In this document: positions 8,238 through 18,696 of the stretch, one piece after another | Position numbering within the stretch: position 1 is the first letter of the stretch | Layout of the letters: every line of letters begins with the position of its first letter | Source of the DNA: a virus | Lineage: Duplodnaviria; Caudoviricetes | Direction: 5' to 3' (one strand) | Length of the DNA stretch: 64,000 bases | Virus record (IMG/VR): IMGVR_UViG_3300031414_000007 | Span: 146,532-210,531 of that record | Notes under the pieces: model-generated | What the model was told of the DNA's origin: nothing | The model's input: only the letters and a program-made list of their open reading frames with translations | The model's database searches: none | Program-made: the position numbers and the translations under genes

Positions 8238-11200
8238 TTAGACTGATTTGTTTTTCGACATGGTCAATTTCAACTTGTCGAGTGCGCCAGTGACCTTCTT
8301 GATGTTCGTGACGGTGTAGCCTGCTTTCACGATCTTATTGATACGTGCTTTTGCAGTAGCCGCATTCTTCACGAACCCAATCCACATACCTGGCGCCTGG
8401 TCGAACGTACCGAACTTACGAGTGTTCGGGATTTTCGTGCCGACGAAGCGTTTCATCTGCGGGTTGGTCTTCAGGTCGAACATGATACGCAGTCTGTCTT
8501 CCATGATCATCGGGTATGCCTTGACGTGTTTCTTATCGGAGGCAGACTTGTGACGAACGAGGAAGAACTTCGGCAGTTGCTCTTGACCTTTCGTTGCCAG
8601 CTTGACGTTGAAGCCCATACGCGGAGTAGACTCGTCAAAGAAGTCCAGTACGAACTCCAGACGCTTCTCCGACATACGGTCGAATTCCAGCTTCTTCTTA
8701 ACTTCGATGAAGTCCAGCATCGCTTCAAAGTCAGCGTAGTACGCACAGTCGTAGTAAACGTAATCGCCGAACTCAACGAACTCGAAGTCCTTGAGTGCTT
8801 TCGCATCAGGGTCAGTCGCGTTCGCATACAGTGCCACAAATCCGTTGTACACGGTAGGAGTCAGCTCCAGTGCCATATCAGCACCAGTCGCTTCTGCAAC
8901 AGCTTTCGCACCAGGCTTCATACGAGTCGTAGTGTTAGCCAAAGGAGGCAGGTCAGCAGACTTACGGCGACGAACTTTCTTGGCAGCTTCTTCAACACCT
9001 TCGTTGATTGGCTTACCAGTCTCTTTGTTCGAAGCGCGTTTGGCAGCACGGGCAGCTTTACGCGCCTGAGCTTCAACCTTCTTCTCTGTCTCTTTCGTAT
9101 CAGCCGTCTGCGTTTCATCAGCAACGGTGTCTTCAACTTCAACACGGTTAGCTTCTGCGTTTGCACGTTTGCGATCTTTCTCGTTCGCCCACGGCTTACG
9201 CTGTTCAAAGAAACGTTTCAGGTCGTTCTTGTCTACCTTAGTGGCAATGTGAACTTTGGTCGCAGGAATTGCAACGGTCTCACCAGAGCCAGCCAGACGA
9301 ACACGAACGGTACTGATAGGACTATCGCCACGCAGCTTGCCGTCAACCATACGCACAGTCACAGACACGACAACACCGTTACCGAACTCAGTCACGACAG
9401 GTGCACGATTCAGAGAATCTTTCAGCCCTTCGCCGCTAGTGAAGTTACGGTTACGCGCCCAATCTAACAGACGCTCAGTGCCCCAGCCATTACGATCAGG
9501 GATCTTCTGGTTAGCAACAAGCGGAGTCTGATCCATCACGCGGAAGTCAGTCAGAGCCGGAGTAGCTGGCAGAGCCTGCATTGCTGCAACCGTTGTACGG
9601 CGCATCTCCTGGAACTCTTGAGATTCGATTTCGTTCAGGTCACGCTTCGCAAGGAAGTAGTCACCGAAGTCTTCCATCGTGTTGTTGTCGATCAGCAGCT
9701 TCGCGCTCATTTTGATCGGGTCGAGCTTGTACTGATCGAGTGCTTCGTAACGCTGGTTGCCTTTCTCGTCGAAGCGAGTCTTCTCCAGAGTTTTCCACAT
9801 CAGACGAGCAACCTTACCAACCTCCAAGGTCTTGTTCGTCATAACCCAGTCGATGAACACAACTTCACGAGCCATGTCACCCGGCTTACCGTTCTCGTCC
9901 AGCTTCGCAGCAGCAACGTCAGGACGGAAGATACGCGCAGTAGACTGATCGTAAGTACCCGGTGACCACGGAGTATCGCAGCGGATGATGCGGCTACCCA
10001 TCTGCATGTTGTGGCCTTCGGAGATTGCCTGCTCGTTCGCAATCAGAATCTGGACGTTGTTGTCAGTTTTGAATGCGTCGAGGTTAGCGTCTTTGTTCTG
10101 ACCCAGCTTACCAACTTCACCATGATACACCACAGCAACTTTCTTATAGTTGGCTGGCAGTGCGTTGTAGATGGCGTTTGCTGCACGAACGTAACGCGTA
10201 AAGACAATCAACTTGCCCTGTACTTCTGGCTTCCAGTAGTCCGGATCGTCCGGAGGCGGAACCATTGAAGGCGGCAGCGCTTGACGCTTGAACTCTTCGG
10301 ACTGCTTACGTGCCAGATACTTCTGACCGTTATAGACAGCAATGTCCAGTTCACGCGGCTCTACGCCTGGCTTCCATTCGAAGATCTGTTGCTCGCCGAT
10401 CATGCGGTCGCGTTCTGGCTGCACTTCGAAGTGCTTACGAATACGGTCGATGATGGTCAGCACTTTCGCAGAAACGAAGTTGGTAACGCCAGCGGCTTCA
10501 AACGTCATGCGAGCAACGTCATCACCCATCGGGTCAGTCAGCATCATTTCCATGCGCTGGAAGTACATGTTCAGGTCAGCGTTGCTTGCCAGCAGTGCGC
10601 CTAAATCATCACCCTCTTCGATCTCGTCTTCGTCAATATCGTCAGCGGCCGTGGCTTCTGCACCACCAGCTTCGTCGTCATCGTCATCGCTGCTACCGGC
10701 TTTCTTCTTCGCAGACTTGGCAGCTTCGTCCAACTTCTCCAGCACTTCTGCGTACATTGCGTTATACACTTCCTGGTGCAGCGCAGAGTTTGGAACTGAC
10801 GGATCATCGATCTCAACCTGAATGAAGGTATCAATCGGGTTCGGCAGCATGAACGCCCAATGCTTACGCTTGAACGAGATGAACGCTGTATGGTTTGCCA
10901 TACGTGAGTGCGCACGACGAATCATTTCAATGTCGTCTTTCGCGCCGTCATATGCAACGTCCAGTGAGTCACCGAACATAGCAGGCGTCATCAGTGCAGC
11001 CTGACCAACAATATCACGCACACGGTCAGTTACCAGCGTACCAGTAGCGATACGTGCATAGCGAACGGACGGAGCAGTGAACACCGCTTTGGTGTTGAAG
11101 TGAACCTGAGAGCCAGCCTGACCACCAGAGAAGTTCTTCACTTTATGCGACTCGTCGAGCAGCACATAGCTGAACTTGAAGCGGTTAACGAACTCTACAG

Positions 11201-14087
11201 CACCACGCACACGAACACGCACACCGCCAATGTCAACGTTGAACGTACCAGTTTGCAAATAGCTCAGGCCGACGATGAAGATAGTGTTACGAGGTGACTG
11301 AGAGATCACGTCGTACATACGTTCTTCGCCCCACGTGTTCACGGTATCAGCAGTAATAGGCACTGCGTTCCAGCCGTCAACGATTTTGTGTAGGTCGTCA
11401 CACCAGTTCGCTACGAGGTTGGAAGGACAGATGATCAGAGGGCGAATGCCTTCTTCACCTAAGTCATCCAGCTCTTTGATTGTGGCTGCAATATCAGTCA
11501 GACCGATGATTGTCTTACCACCGCCAGGCGCGATAAAGATTGTTGCAAAGCGCGGACGACGACGCAGAGTTTTGTGCGCTTCGACCTGATGCGGCAGTAA
11601 TGCTGCACCGTCTTTCAGACCTGGGATGCGAATATCATCAATGGTGATACCGCTGTCAGGTTTCAGGCGTTCGATCTCAGTCTCGGCCGATTCGAAAATC
11701 TCAAGAGACTTAGGAATCACATCGCTGTACATCGTAGCGAATGGCAGGATGATCTGTTGCAGACGACCTGAGCCTGGAGCTTGTTCGCTTTCAATCAGAG
11801 AACTAAACAATTTCTTGCGATCGGCGCGTACAAGCGACTGCGCCATTTCACGGTACACCGCACCACCGAAGTAGTTGTTAAGGCGTGCCATGTCAGACAG
11901 CTTGGACTTCTCACCCATCACAAAGTAGTGGGTGTGAGACGGCAGTGATTCGGTGGCAGCCTGAATGCTTCCCATCTCGCTCATGGAAGTTGCAATCAGG
12001 TTAGAACCACGCAGACCAGCAGCATCGTTCAGCACACGAATCATGATACGCAGCATCGTCAGAGCAGGGCGCTCGTTAGACAGGTCTGGTACCGAGAAGT
12101 CGTTAGCGATCAGATTCTCATAGAGGTCTTTGTCCATCGGGCTTTCAGACAGAGCCGCATCTTCTGCGTCCATGCCGATTGCTTTACGTGCATTCTCCAC
12201 CAGCGTTTTCAGGTCAGGAACTTGTTTGTTCTTGAGCATGAACTCGTAGGTCTGGCAGGTCTGCGCGATGATGTTCAGCAGCTCAGGCAGGTTAGAACCT
12301 TCTGTGGAGTTGTATTTGATCGTGGACTCACTCACACTCTCAACCAACTTACCGCTACCGGACTCAACTTTGGCAGCTTCAATCAGCGTGTCATACGACG
12401 GACGGAACAGAGCCATACCACCAGATGCCTGATTGTGATAAATGTTACCAATCACGTTCGCAGCAGAACGGAAGTTAGGCGCTTCACCCGGCTCCGCAAA
12501 GTCGTAGCCGAGAGCATCAGCAACGTCCAGAGAGTTAGGTGACTTCATGCCGACAGTACGAGTTTCGTTAACTGCCAGCCCGCCGCCGTTCGAGGTGTTC
12601 ACGATCAGAGAGAAGTCAGGGTCGATACCGATGCACACGTCACTGAAACGAGACAGTGATTTGGCTTTCGTCTGCACATCACGGTCGAAGTCCAGATTAC
12701 CGTTCTGGATAGCGAACATGTTGGTACGCAGCGTGTCGTGCTCAGTAGATAGCGGCACACCTTTTTCGAACAGGTCTTCGAGGACACCGTTGAGCGTGGT
12801 TTCGTAGGTCTTAACCATCTCAATGTCAATGTCTTCACGACGAGGCAGCACAGCCATCGTACCGTTAGGCATGATAGTCATACCGTGTTCATCAGCAACC
12901 ACGTCGTTAACCACGTAGCCGAATTTCTCACGCAGCTTTTTCAACTCAGGAAGAGAAGTGGCAGAAGTCACATAACGCGGAATACGAGCAGCACGGGTGA
13001 TACCAGTACGAGTAGAACCAGCAACACGGAAGTAGTAGCTCGCCCAACCCTGGAACCAACGATACAGACACATGGTCTGAGTGTCAGCACCCTGAGAGAT
13101 ATACTCCACCAGCTCTTTTTCGAAGTTAACAATCAGGCCACCTTCGACACGAATGTCGGTTGCCAGTGCTACTTCGTTGAAATCGACAGGCGTATCGTGA
13201 CTGATCTTCATCGCTTGCAGCTTGCGATCAATCATCTGTTTGCCGGGGATAGAGCGGATGCCGATTGTCATGAAATCGCCCAGGCCGTCAACTACGGATT
13301 TTTCCAAGTTGCGGAACAGGTCAATATCAATGCCGTTCATTGATGGGTGAATAGAACGCAGAGCAGCGTTATACACAGACCAGTCTTTGTCGAGCGGGAT
13401 ACGAATCATCTTCGTATCGAATGCGTTGGCGTTAGTGCGCTCAGTGCCAAAGATATCCTTATAGATAGTCTTCGCCACACGAATTGCAGACTGCGCAATA
13501 TCGGAGCTGTAGGTACGCAGGTTGGCGCTTTCGAAGTTCGCGTCGTTATCAACACGAGGACGGTCGCTACCCTGATTGTTCAGAACGTTGAAGTTACCGT
13601 TCGAAGCCAGCGGGCTGGTGGGGCACGGAGTACCAGACATGATAATGTCTTTGCCGCCAGGGAAGCGCGTACTGTTTTCGATGATAGCGCCAGAAGATGC
13701 AGACAGATGCTCGGCCAGAGCGGTCTTGATCTCACGACTCAGCTTATCGCCGTTCAACATCATGTTGATTTTCAGCGAGGACGCTTCGACGTTGTTCTTG
13801 ATGCGCTTAACGAAATCGTCAGGAGAGACTTCCAGCATATCTTCGAACTCTGCACCGTTAGTAACGATGTAGTTGATCAGGTCGAAGGCCGCGTAGATGC
13901 GAGCTACGGTAGAAGCGGTGAATACAGCCAGCGCCTCATAGTTACGACGGGACTTCCCTGTCGCGTACATCTTCGACGTCTTGGCGTCGAATTCGGGCGG
14001 CAAGGGCTTGATAGCAAGTGCCTGATTAAACGTATCGGCAATTTGCTGGGTAGCCGTTGCTGACGTACTAATCATCTGATTCATCAT
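8238..14087 (-). CDS. Giant SWI2/SNF2-family ATPase/helicase (1949 aa)
   Basis: LLPHQ, Walker A APGGGKT, DESH, motif V ISEGHNMQ, motif VI PWSPGTYDQSTARIFR; about 800-aa N-terminal extension of unknown function. Confidence 0.85.
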   Translation of the reverse strand: MMNQMISTSATATQQIADTFNQALAIKPLPPEFDAKTSKMYATGKSRRNYEALAVFTASTVARIYAAFDLINYIVTNGAEFEDMLEVSPDDFVKRIKNNVEASSLKINMMLNGDKLSREIKTALAEHLSASSGAIIENSTRFPGGKDIIMSGTPCPTSPLASNGNFNVLNNQGSDRPRVDNDANFESANLRTYSSDIAQSAIRVAKTIYKDIFGTERTNANAFDTKMIRIPLDKDWSVYNAALRSIHPSMNGIDIDLFRNLEKSVVDGLGDFMTIGIRSIPGKQMIDRKLQAMKISHDTPVDFNEVALATDIRVEGGLIVNFEKELVEYISQGADTQTMCLYRWFQGWASYYFRVAGSTRTGITRAARIPRYVTSATSLPELKKLREKFGYVVNDVVADEHGMTIMPNGTMAVLPRREDIDIEMVKTYETTLNGVLEDLFEKGVPLSTEHDTLRTNMFAIQNGNLDFDRDVQTKAKSLSRFSDVCIGIDPDFSLIVNTSNGGGLAVNETRTVGMKSPNSLDVADALGYDFAEPGEAPNFRSAANVIGNIYHNQASGGMALFRPSYDTLIEAAKVESGSGKLVESVSESTIKYNSTEGSNLPELLNIIAQTCQTYEFMLKNKQVPDLKTLVENARKAIGMDAEDAALSESPMDKDLYENLIANDFSVPDLSNERPALTMLRIMIRVLNDAAGLRGSNLIATSMSEMGSIQAATESLPSHTHYFVMGEKSKLSDMARLNNYFGGAVYREMAQSLVRADRKKLFSSLIESEQAPGSGRLQQIILPFATMYSDVIPKSLEIFESAETEIERLKPDSGITIDDIRIPGLKDGAALLPHQVEAHKTLRRRPRFATIFIAPGGGKTIIGLTDIAATIKELDDLGEEGIRPLIICPSNLVANWCDDLHKIVDGWNAVPITADTVNTWGEERMYDVISQSPRNTIFIVGLSYLQTGTFNVDIGGVRVRVRGAVEFVNRFKFSYVLLDESHKVKNFSGGQAGSQVHFNTKAVFTAPSVRYARIATGTLVTDRVRDIVGQAALMTPAMFGDSLDVAYDGAKDDIEMIRRAHSRMANHTAFISFKRKHWAFMLPNPIDTFIQVEIDDPSVPNSALHQEVYNAMYAEVLEKLDEAAKSAKKKAGSSDDDDDEAGGAEATAADDIDEDEIEEGDDLGALLASNADLNMYFQRMEMMLTDPMGDDVARMTFEAAGVTNFVSAKVLTIIDRIRKHFEVQPERDRMIGEQQIFEWKPGVEPRELDIAVYNGQKYLARKQSEEFKRQALPPSMVPPPDDPDYWKPEVQGKLIVFTRYVRAANAIYNALPANYKKVAVVYHGEVGKLGQNKDANLDAFKTDNNVQILIANEQAISEGHNMQMGSRIIRCDTPWSPGTYDQSTARIFRPDVAAAKLDENGKPGDMAREVVFIDWVMTNKTLEVGKVARLMWKTLEKTRFDEKGNQRYEALDQYKLDPIKMSAKLLIDNNTMEDFGDYFLAKRDLNEIESQEFQEMRRTTVAAMQALPATPALTDFRVMDQTPLVANQKIPDRNGWGTERLLDWARNRNFTSGEGLKDSLNRAPVVTEFGNGVVVSVTVRMVDGKLRGDSPISTVRVRLAGSGETVAIPATKVHIATKVDKNDLKRFFEQRKPWANEKDRKRANAEANRVEVEDTVADETQTADTKETEKKVEAQARKAARAAKRASNKETGKPINEGVEEAAKKVRRRKSADLPPLANTTTRMKPGAKAVAEATGADMALELTPTVYNGFVALYANATDPDAKALKDFEFVEFGDYVYYDCAYYADFEAMLDFIEVKKKLEFDRMSEKRLEFVLDFFDESTPRMGFNVKLATKGQEQLPKFFLVRHKSASDKKHVKAYPMIMEDRLRIMFDLKTNPQMKRFVGTKIPNTRKFGTFDQAPGMWIGFVKNAATAKARINKIVKAGYTVTNIKKVTGALDKLKLTMSKNKSV

Positions 14088-14578
14088 TCACCCAGTTTGG
14101 TATAGTTGTCAATCATAGACTGCCACACGCTCGGTACAGGCAAGCGACGGTCTGCGGCGATATCCGATAGCACAACGGCTAATGCGTAAGCACGAAGAGG
14201 ACTAAGCCCTTCGAACTTGTCGCGCGTAAACACAGACGTGAGTTGTTCGTTGGTCAGTGTCTGATACTGCGCACGATACTCGGACAGATACGTGCCGTAC
14301 TTACCGTCATCAACCGGCATGGTATCAGGGATGCTCTGAATAGACAACAATGCTTTCGCAAGAGCGTCCATAATCAGAAGCAGGTCAGCCTGATCATACG
14401 GTGTGATATCCGGCACGTTTGAACGACCCAGCAGTTCGATGACTGACTGCGGAAGTTGGATAGGCTCTCGCGCTTGAGAGATGGACTTCATGATTCCTTC
14501 GGCAGCACCAGCATACAGCTTACCGCTATCTGCGATGCCCTTCAAAAGAGTATGAAGCCGCGAGTTTACGTCAATCAC
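14084..14578 (-). CDS. Hypothetical protein
   Basis: Start moved from 14638 to GTG at 14578, which follows an AGGAG RBS and removes the overlap with the upstream gene. Confidence 0.6.
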   Translation of the reverse strand: MIDVNSRLHTLLKGIADSGKLYAGAAEGIMKSISQAREPIQLPQSVIELLGRSNVPDITPYDQADLLLIMDALAKALLSIQSIPDTMPVDDGKYGTYLSEYRAQYQTLTNEQLTSVFTRDKFEGLSPLRAYALAVVLSDIAADRRLPVPSVWQSMIDNYTKLGE

Positions 14579-14588
14579 GGTTCTTCTC

Positions 14589-15371
14589 CTAAATAAAAAT
14601 GCTCTTGACCAAAGTGTTGAGCCTCTTCTCCACAGCATGACGTTTGTACGTGGACAGGAAGCAGGTTAGCCTGCGCGATTGCAGATGCAGCGCAATAGCG
14701 TTACCCTTAACCCGCGCACAGTCAACTCCCAAATCAATACTCCACGGATGCCAAGCACGAGGCGCAAGCATCACTTGTTGAATTGTTGGGTAAGTGTCTG
14801 GCACAACAGGCAGAGGAGACTTTGCCAGTTTCTTCGTCAAATTATCAGTTTTGAACAAGGCTTTAGGCTGTTTGTTCGAAAACCAGTAAGGAACCTGCTT
14901 GTGCAGTATCTCACCTACTTTCGGAATACCACCACGCGTTGTCTGCGGTACATACACCAGATAAATATCGATCGTGGTGTTGATGCAGTTAGCAACCCGA
15001 TTGTAGTCGCTGTTGGTTCGACTATGCACCTCAGCCAGCCTGAACTTATTGCTGAACTCAATACGTTGCAGCCATCTTTTCAAGTCAGCCTGTTGGACCT
15101 TGAGAAGCGCTTTTGCCTGCTCAAGAGAGTGCTTGGTGATCGGTGGGATAGGACGTAACAGGTACGTTGTGCTGCTACGAGCCAGAGAAGAAATAAACCC
15201 TTCTACAACGCGCTGCATACCAAGAGGTTGTGGTAGCGAATGAAAGAGGTCAACCGCTGTTTGTGTTGAGATGTACGCACCCCAAGCCTCGATGTACTCA
15301 GGGCTAACGCAGTCAGGAAAGTTGCGTAAGTCCAATCCCACGTCTGAGCCATATTTCTGCAAACGACTCAC
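14589..15371 (-). CDS. Hypothetical protein
   Basis: 260 aa, coupled to the HNH gene stop. Confidence 0.65.
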   Translation of the reverse strand: MSRLQKYGSDVGLDLRNFPDCVSPEYIEAWGAYISTQTAVDLFHSLPQPLGMQRVVEGFISSLARSSTTYLLRPIPPITKHSLEQAKALLKVQQADLKRWLQRIEFSNKFRLAEVHSRTNSDYNRVANCINTTIDIYLVYVPQTTRGGIPKVGEILHKQVPYWFSNKQPKALFKTDNLTKKLAKSPLPVVPDTYPTIQQVMLAPRAWHPWSIDLGVDCARVKGNAIALHLQSRRLTCFLSTYKRHAVEKRLNTLVKSIFI

Positions 15372-15733
15372 CGTCTACCTCCATGCAGCAGTCTTGAACC
15401 ACGTCGGTTGTTACTGCCGATCTGATTGTTATCGCAGTCATAGCAAAGCAGTTCGAGGTTATGTTTCATATTCGAACCACCCTGCGCATGACCAACTTTG
15501 TGGTTGAGAATGAGTTGTGGAGTACGAGTACCACAGCGCTCACATTGTTGTCCACGCTCGTCGATGATGCTCATTTTGAGACGTGTCCAATCACTCCTGT
15601 CCATGCGAACGTGAGTACCAGCGCGAGCACGTTCAAATCCCGTAACACCAGCAAGACGTTGAGAAGTGGACATACTTCTTCCACGACCACCCATAGTTCT
15701 TGCTGCAATACCGCCTTTTGGTCTGTATGCCAT
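15368..15733 (-). CDS. Small HNH endonuclease-like protein
   Basis: CERCG...LNHKV...GGSNMKHNLELLCYDCD (zinc-binding HNH pattern). Confidence 0.75.
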   Translation of the reverse strand: MAYRPKGGIAARTMGGRGRSMSTSQRLAGVTGFERARAGTHVRMDRSDWTRLKMSIIDERGQQCERCGTRTPQLILNHKVGHAQGGSNMKHNLELLCYDCDNNQIGSNNRRGSRLLHGGRR

Positions 15734-15755
15734 GATGATCTCCTAAATACAGTTC

Positions 15756-15764
15756 TATTTACAG
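15756..15764 (-). promoter_or_regulatory. CTGTAAATA box upstream of the HNH gene
   Basis: Exact motif. Confidence 0.65.
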
Positions 15765-15766
15765 AC

Positions 15767-16591
15767 TTAGGCGCTCGCGCTAAATATCTGAACTGTCTTC
15801 GATAGACCCGCCTGATAGGCTTGCTCAATATCTTTCGCAGCGTTACGAATGATCGTTTGCGTCTGATTCTGCGCACCAGCAATCATTTCAACAGGCAGAT
15901 TCTTTTTATTCCATGCGTTAATCTGGTGGAATACGCCAACCAGAATTGTACCAGCAGACTCAGCGAAAGGTCCCATGACTTCTTCGTTGAGAATCTCTGC
16001 CAGTTGCGACACGTCACGCAGCGCACGAAGGTCAGCGATAATCTCACGCATCTGGTTATAGAGTTGCATCAGTGCGTAAATATCACGGCTCTGCTTCTTG
16101 TCCTTATAGGCGTCTTCACAGATACGTGCCATTGACTGACACTGCTTGAACATCGTCATGTACTCGGCAATCTGGTCGTTCTCTTGTTTGATAACGTCAG
16201 GCACATCAGCCATAACCTCAAGGAACTGACCCTCAAGAGCAACCATATCGGTGCTCAAACTCCGTGACTCTTTCTTCTTCTTTTTCTTTTTGATGGTATC
16301 TACTGCATTCTCTTTCTTTTTCTTAGCTTTCTTGGGCTTTGGTTCATCCAGAGACTGCATTGCCTTTTGAGATGCTGCAATATCCGAATAGAAGTCATCG
16401 GGATCAATGTGTTTAGGCAGCACGTCTTTCGAAGGGTCGGACTTCTTTTTCTTCTTGACCTTAACGCCTTTGCTAACTGTCTTAGCTTTCTTGACGGTGG
16501 TCTTAGCTTTAACTTTCGCTTTACTCTTTTTCGCAGATGCTTTTGCAGGCTGGGCGAAAGAGCCAATGTCATCCAAGCTTATGGCCGCCAT
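15767..16591 (-). CDS. Hypothetical protein with Lys-rich N-terminus and helical C-terminus
   Basis: 274 aa with poly-Lys stretches and RBS GAGGA upstream. Confidence 0.65.
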   Translation of the reverse strand: MAAISLDDIGSFAQPAKASAKKSKAKVKAKTTVKKAKTVSKGVKVKKKKKSDPSKDVLPKHIDPDDFYSDIAASQKAMQSLDEPKPKKAKKKKENAVDTIKKKKKKKESRSLSTDMVALEGQFLEVMADVPDVIKQENDQIAEYMTMFKQCQSMARICEDAYKDKKQSRDIYALMQLYNQMREIIADLRALRDVSQLAEILNEEVMGPFAESAGTILVGVFHQINAWNKKNLPVEMIAGAQNQTQTIIRNAAKDIEQAYQAGLSKTVQIFSASA

Positions 16592-16613
16592 GTGAAAATC
16601 CTCAGTAGAAACG

Positions 16614-16640
16614 AAAAAGGGAACCCCGCGAGGCTCCCTT
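16614..16640 (-). terminator. Intrinsic terminator
   Basis: GGGAGCC...GGTTCCC followed by TTTTT. Confidence 0.7.
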
Positions 16641-16650
16641 TAGGGTTTGT

Positions 16651-17457
16651 TTAGAAGCTGTGACCTTTGATGATAGCAGCAATCTTGCCGAAGTAGTCCG
16701 GGCTGTAGCGGAACATCTTGGCATAGTAGTCCAGCAGCTTGTTAACGTCAACGCCAGCAGCGGCAGACACTGAATCAACCTGCGGGAAGTGTTTCTCGTC
16801 CAACTCGTCGCCAGACAGAACAGCTACCATGCTCATGGAAGTAATCTGCTCTTCCTGACCCTGATCGTCAACAACGATGAAGCTGTTGTCGTCAGTTACG
16901 TTAGCAGCAACGAAGCCAACTTTCAACGCACCTGAGTTAGACACGAAGCTAACCATATCACCGCCAACAACGCTGGACAGTTCCAGATTGTGGCGAGCAA
17001 CGGCCTGAGCCAGAGTAGGCATAGACGCCTGCAGGTTAACAGTAGCCGCGCCTGACACAGAACGAATCATGTCGATCAGTTCAGAGTTGTCGTTCGCGTT
17101 GCTTTCGCGTACCAGAACGTCTTCACCGCTTTCGCTACGGCGAACGGCCCACATGCGCTCGGACTTGTCCATGTACATGTTTTTCGACAGAGCCTGGAAC
17201 TCGTCACCCATCTGCGACACAGGGATAACGTCCTGCATACGGCTGAGGATGGTACGAACGAAGCTGGTGGTTTTACCCTGCTCGATCATAGAAGACGCAC
17301 CTTCAACAGGCATGTATTCACGATTGCAGGAAGCGCTTACGATGGCGCCGAAGTTGTCTGCGATATTCTCGCCGACGTTGTGAGTTACTTGCACGATGGC
17401 CACGCTCTGGTTGTCGTTGAGCTGGTCAATCTGTTTGATGAAAGCCTTCATTGTCAT
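16651..17457 (-). CDS. Probable virion structural protein
   Basis: 268 aa, preceded by the CTAATTT motif; internal SVSG/SVSA motifs. Confidence 0.55.
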   Translation of the reverse strand: MTMKAFIKQIDQLNDNQSVAIVQVTHNVGENIADNFGAIVSASCNREYMPVEGASSMIEQGKTTSFVRTILSRMQDVIPVSQMGDEFQALSKNMYMDKSERMWAVRRSESGEDVLVRESNANDNSELIDMIRSVSGAATVNLQASMPTLAQAVARHNLELSSVVGGDMVSFVSNSGALKVGFVAANVTDDNSFIVVDDQGQEEQITSMSMVAVLSGDELDEKHFPQVDSVSAAAGVDVNKLLDYYAKMFRYSPDYFGKIAAIIKGHSF

Positions 17458-17480
17458 CTCCTGAATGTTTCGACAATATG

Positions 17481-17487
17481 AAATTAG
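17481..17487 (-). promoter_or_regulatory. CTAATTT late-type box
   Basis: Intergenic, 24 nt before 17457. Confidence 0.55.
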
Positions 17488-17499
17488 TAAACTTAGGGT

Positions 17500-18696
17500 T
17501 TAGCCTGTCACGCGATACCGCGCATTGACCCAGATACTGCGGTTACCAACAGTAGCCCATTTGGTTGTTGGGCTGTTTGTGATGCCGAGCTTGCCAAGTG
17601 CGCGAGCACCGTCAATCGCACCAGAACCCTGAGAACCATCACCGTCGTTGATTCCGGCCTTAGACAGTTTGTTCTTCAAGTTCGTAACAGGACCTTGAAT
17701 CTGCGTTTCAAGTCTGCCTAAAGCAGCCTCAATCGAAGGTGTTCGGTCCATGTTTAAGTTGACGACTTGCCCCGTAAAGTCGAATGCCATTTGCCCTTCT
17801 GCCTGTAACTGAGCAGCGAGCGCATAGTAGCAACTACAGGTAATCCAGCCATCTAAGATTGTGCCTTGCATGTTCGTGCCACTAAAGCCAGTAACACGCG
17901 GGCCAATCATATTGAACAGCGCAAGACCACGATAGAGATAACCAATCAGGTCAGCTTGCGTGTACTCCAGTTCAGGAATAACGTTATGCTGACGTGCTTT
18001 GTTGATGTGGTCTTCCACCAGCGATGCAGCAATAAGAACCTGAGGCGTCACTGCCCAGAGCTTATATGTCAGCATCTTGGTTGTCTTGCGTGTCGCAGAG
18101 GTGTAGTGCGCGATTAAACTAATCGGCTCAAGGCGACGAGTAGCAACCCACACAGGCACCTGAAACACGCAGGTCTTTGCACGGTTCACAATCATCTTCA
18201 CACCCGCATCGCCGGAGTCGATATCGGATGCAACGATTTGGTTATTGAGTGCGAGCTGGAATCTCAGCTTATCGCCACGAGTATCGAAGTGGAACGGCAA
18301 CGTCAGTTCAAACGTTTCGTTATCACCGAACAACGTAACGATATCCGTAACACGGTTTTCAGTCAGTGGTTCAACAATGAGTTCCTGACTGGACTGCATG
18401 ATCCCTTCTTCGGAATCATAACGCCATTTGACTGTCAGACGTTTATCGTCCACCAGCCCCATGTTAGGAATCGCAACATCAGCAGTCCAATAGCCAGGAA
18501 CTTCTCCCGGCGTTGCGACTACTTGAGCCAGCACCGATTTATCGTCAGGGTCAATGAGGCTTACGACAGGCCCCATATCGTCTGACTGCGGATAAACGGG
18601 CTGGTCTAGATCATCGAAGAAACTCTCCTCGAGGACCAGTACGTTACCTTCTGTTGTGCGCATATCAGTCTGCCTTAGTGAGTCCCAGATACTCAA
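17500..18696 (-). CDS. Probable virion structural protein (possible head-tail adaptor)
   Basis: 398 aa with a beta-rich N-half and helical C-half, in the late cluster. The specific role is a guess. Confidence 0.4.
   Translation of the reverse strand: MSIWDSLRQTDMRTTEGNVLVLEESFFDDLDQPVYPQSDDMGPVVSLIDPDDKSVLAQVVATPGEVPGYWTADVAIPNMGLVDDKRLTVKWRYDSEEGIMQSSQELIVEPLTENRVTDIVTLFGDNETFELTLPFHFDTRGDKLRFQLALNNQIVASDIDSGDAGVKMIVNRAKTCVFQVPVWVATRRLEPISLIAHYTSATRKTTKMLTYKLWAVTPQVLIAASLVEDHINKARQHNVIPELEYTQADLIGYLYRGLALFNMIGPRVTGFSGTNMQGTILDGWITCSCYYALAAQLQAEGQMAFDFTGQVVNLNMDRTPSIEAALGRLETQIQGPVTNLKNKLSKAGINDGDGSQGSGAIDGARALGKLGITNSPTTKWATVGNRSIWVNARYRVTG

Noticed and set aside
15767-16591. Small terminase subunit
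   Set aside because: Only the HNH neighbour and helical character hint at it; no large terminase nearby and no recognisable motif.
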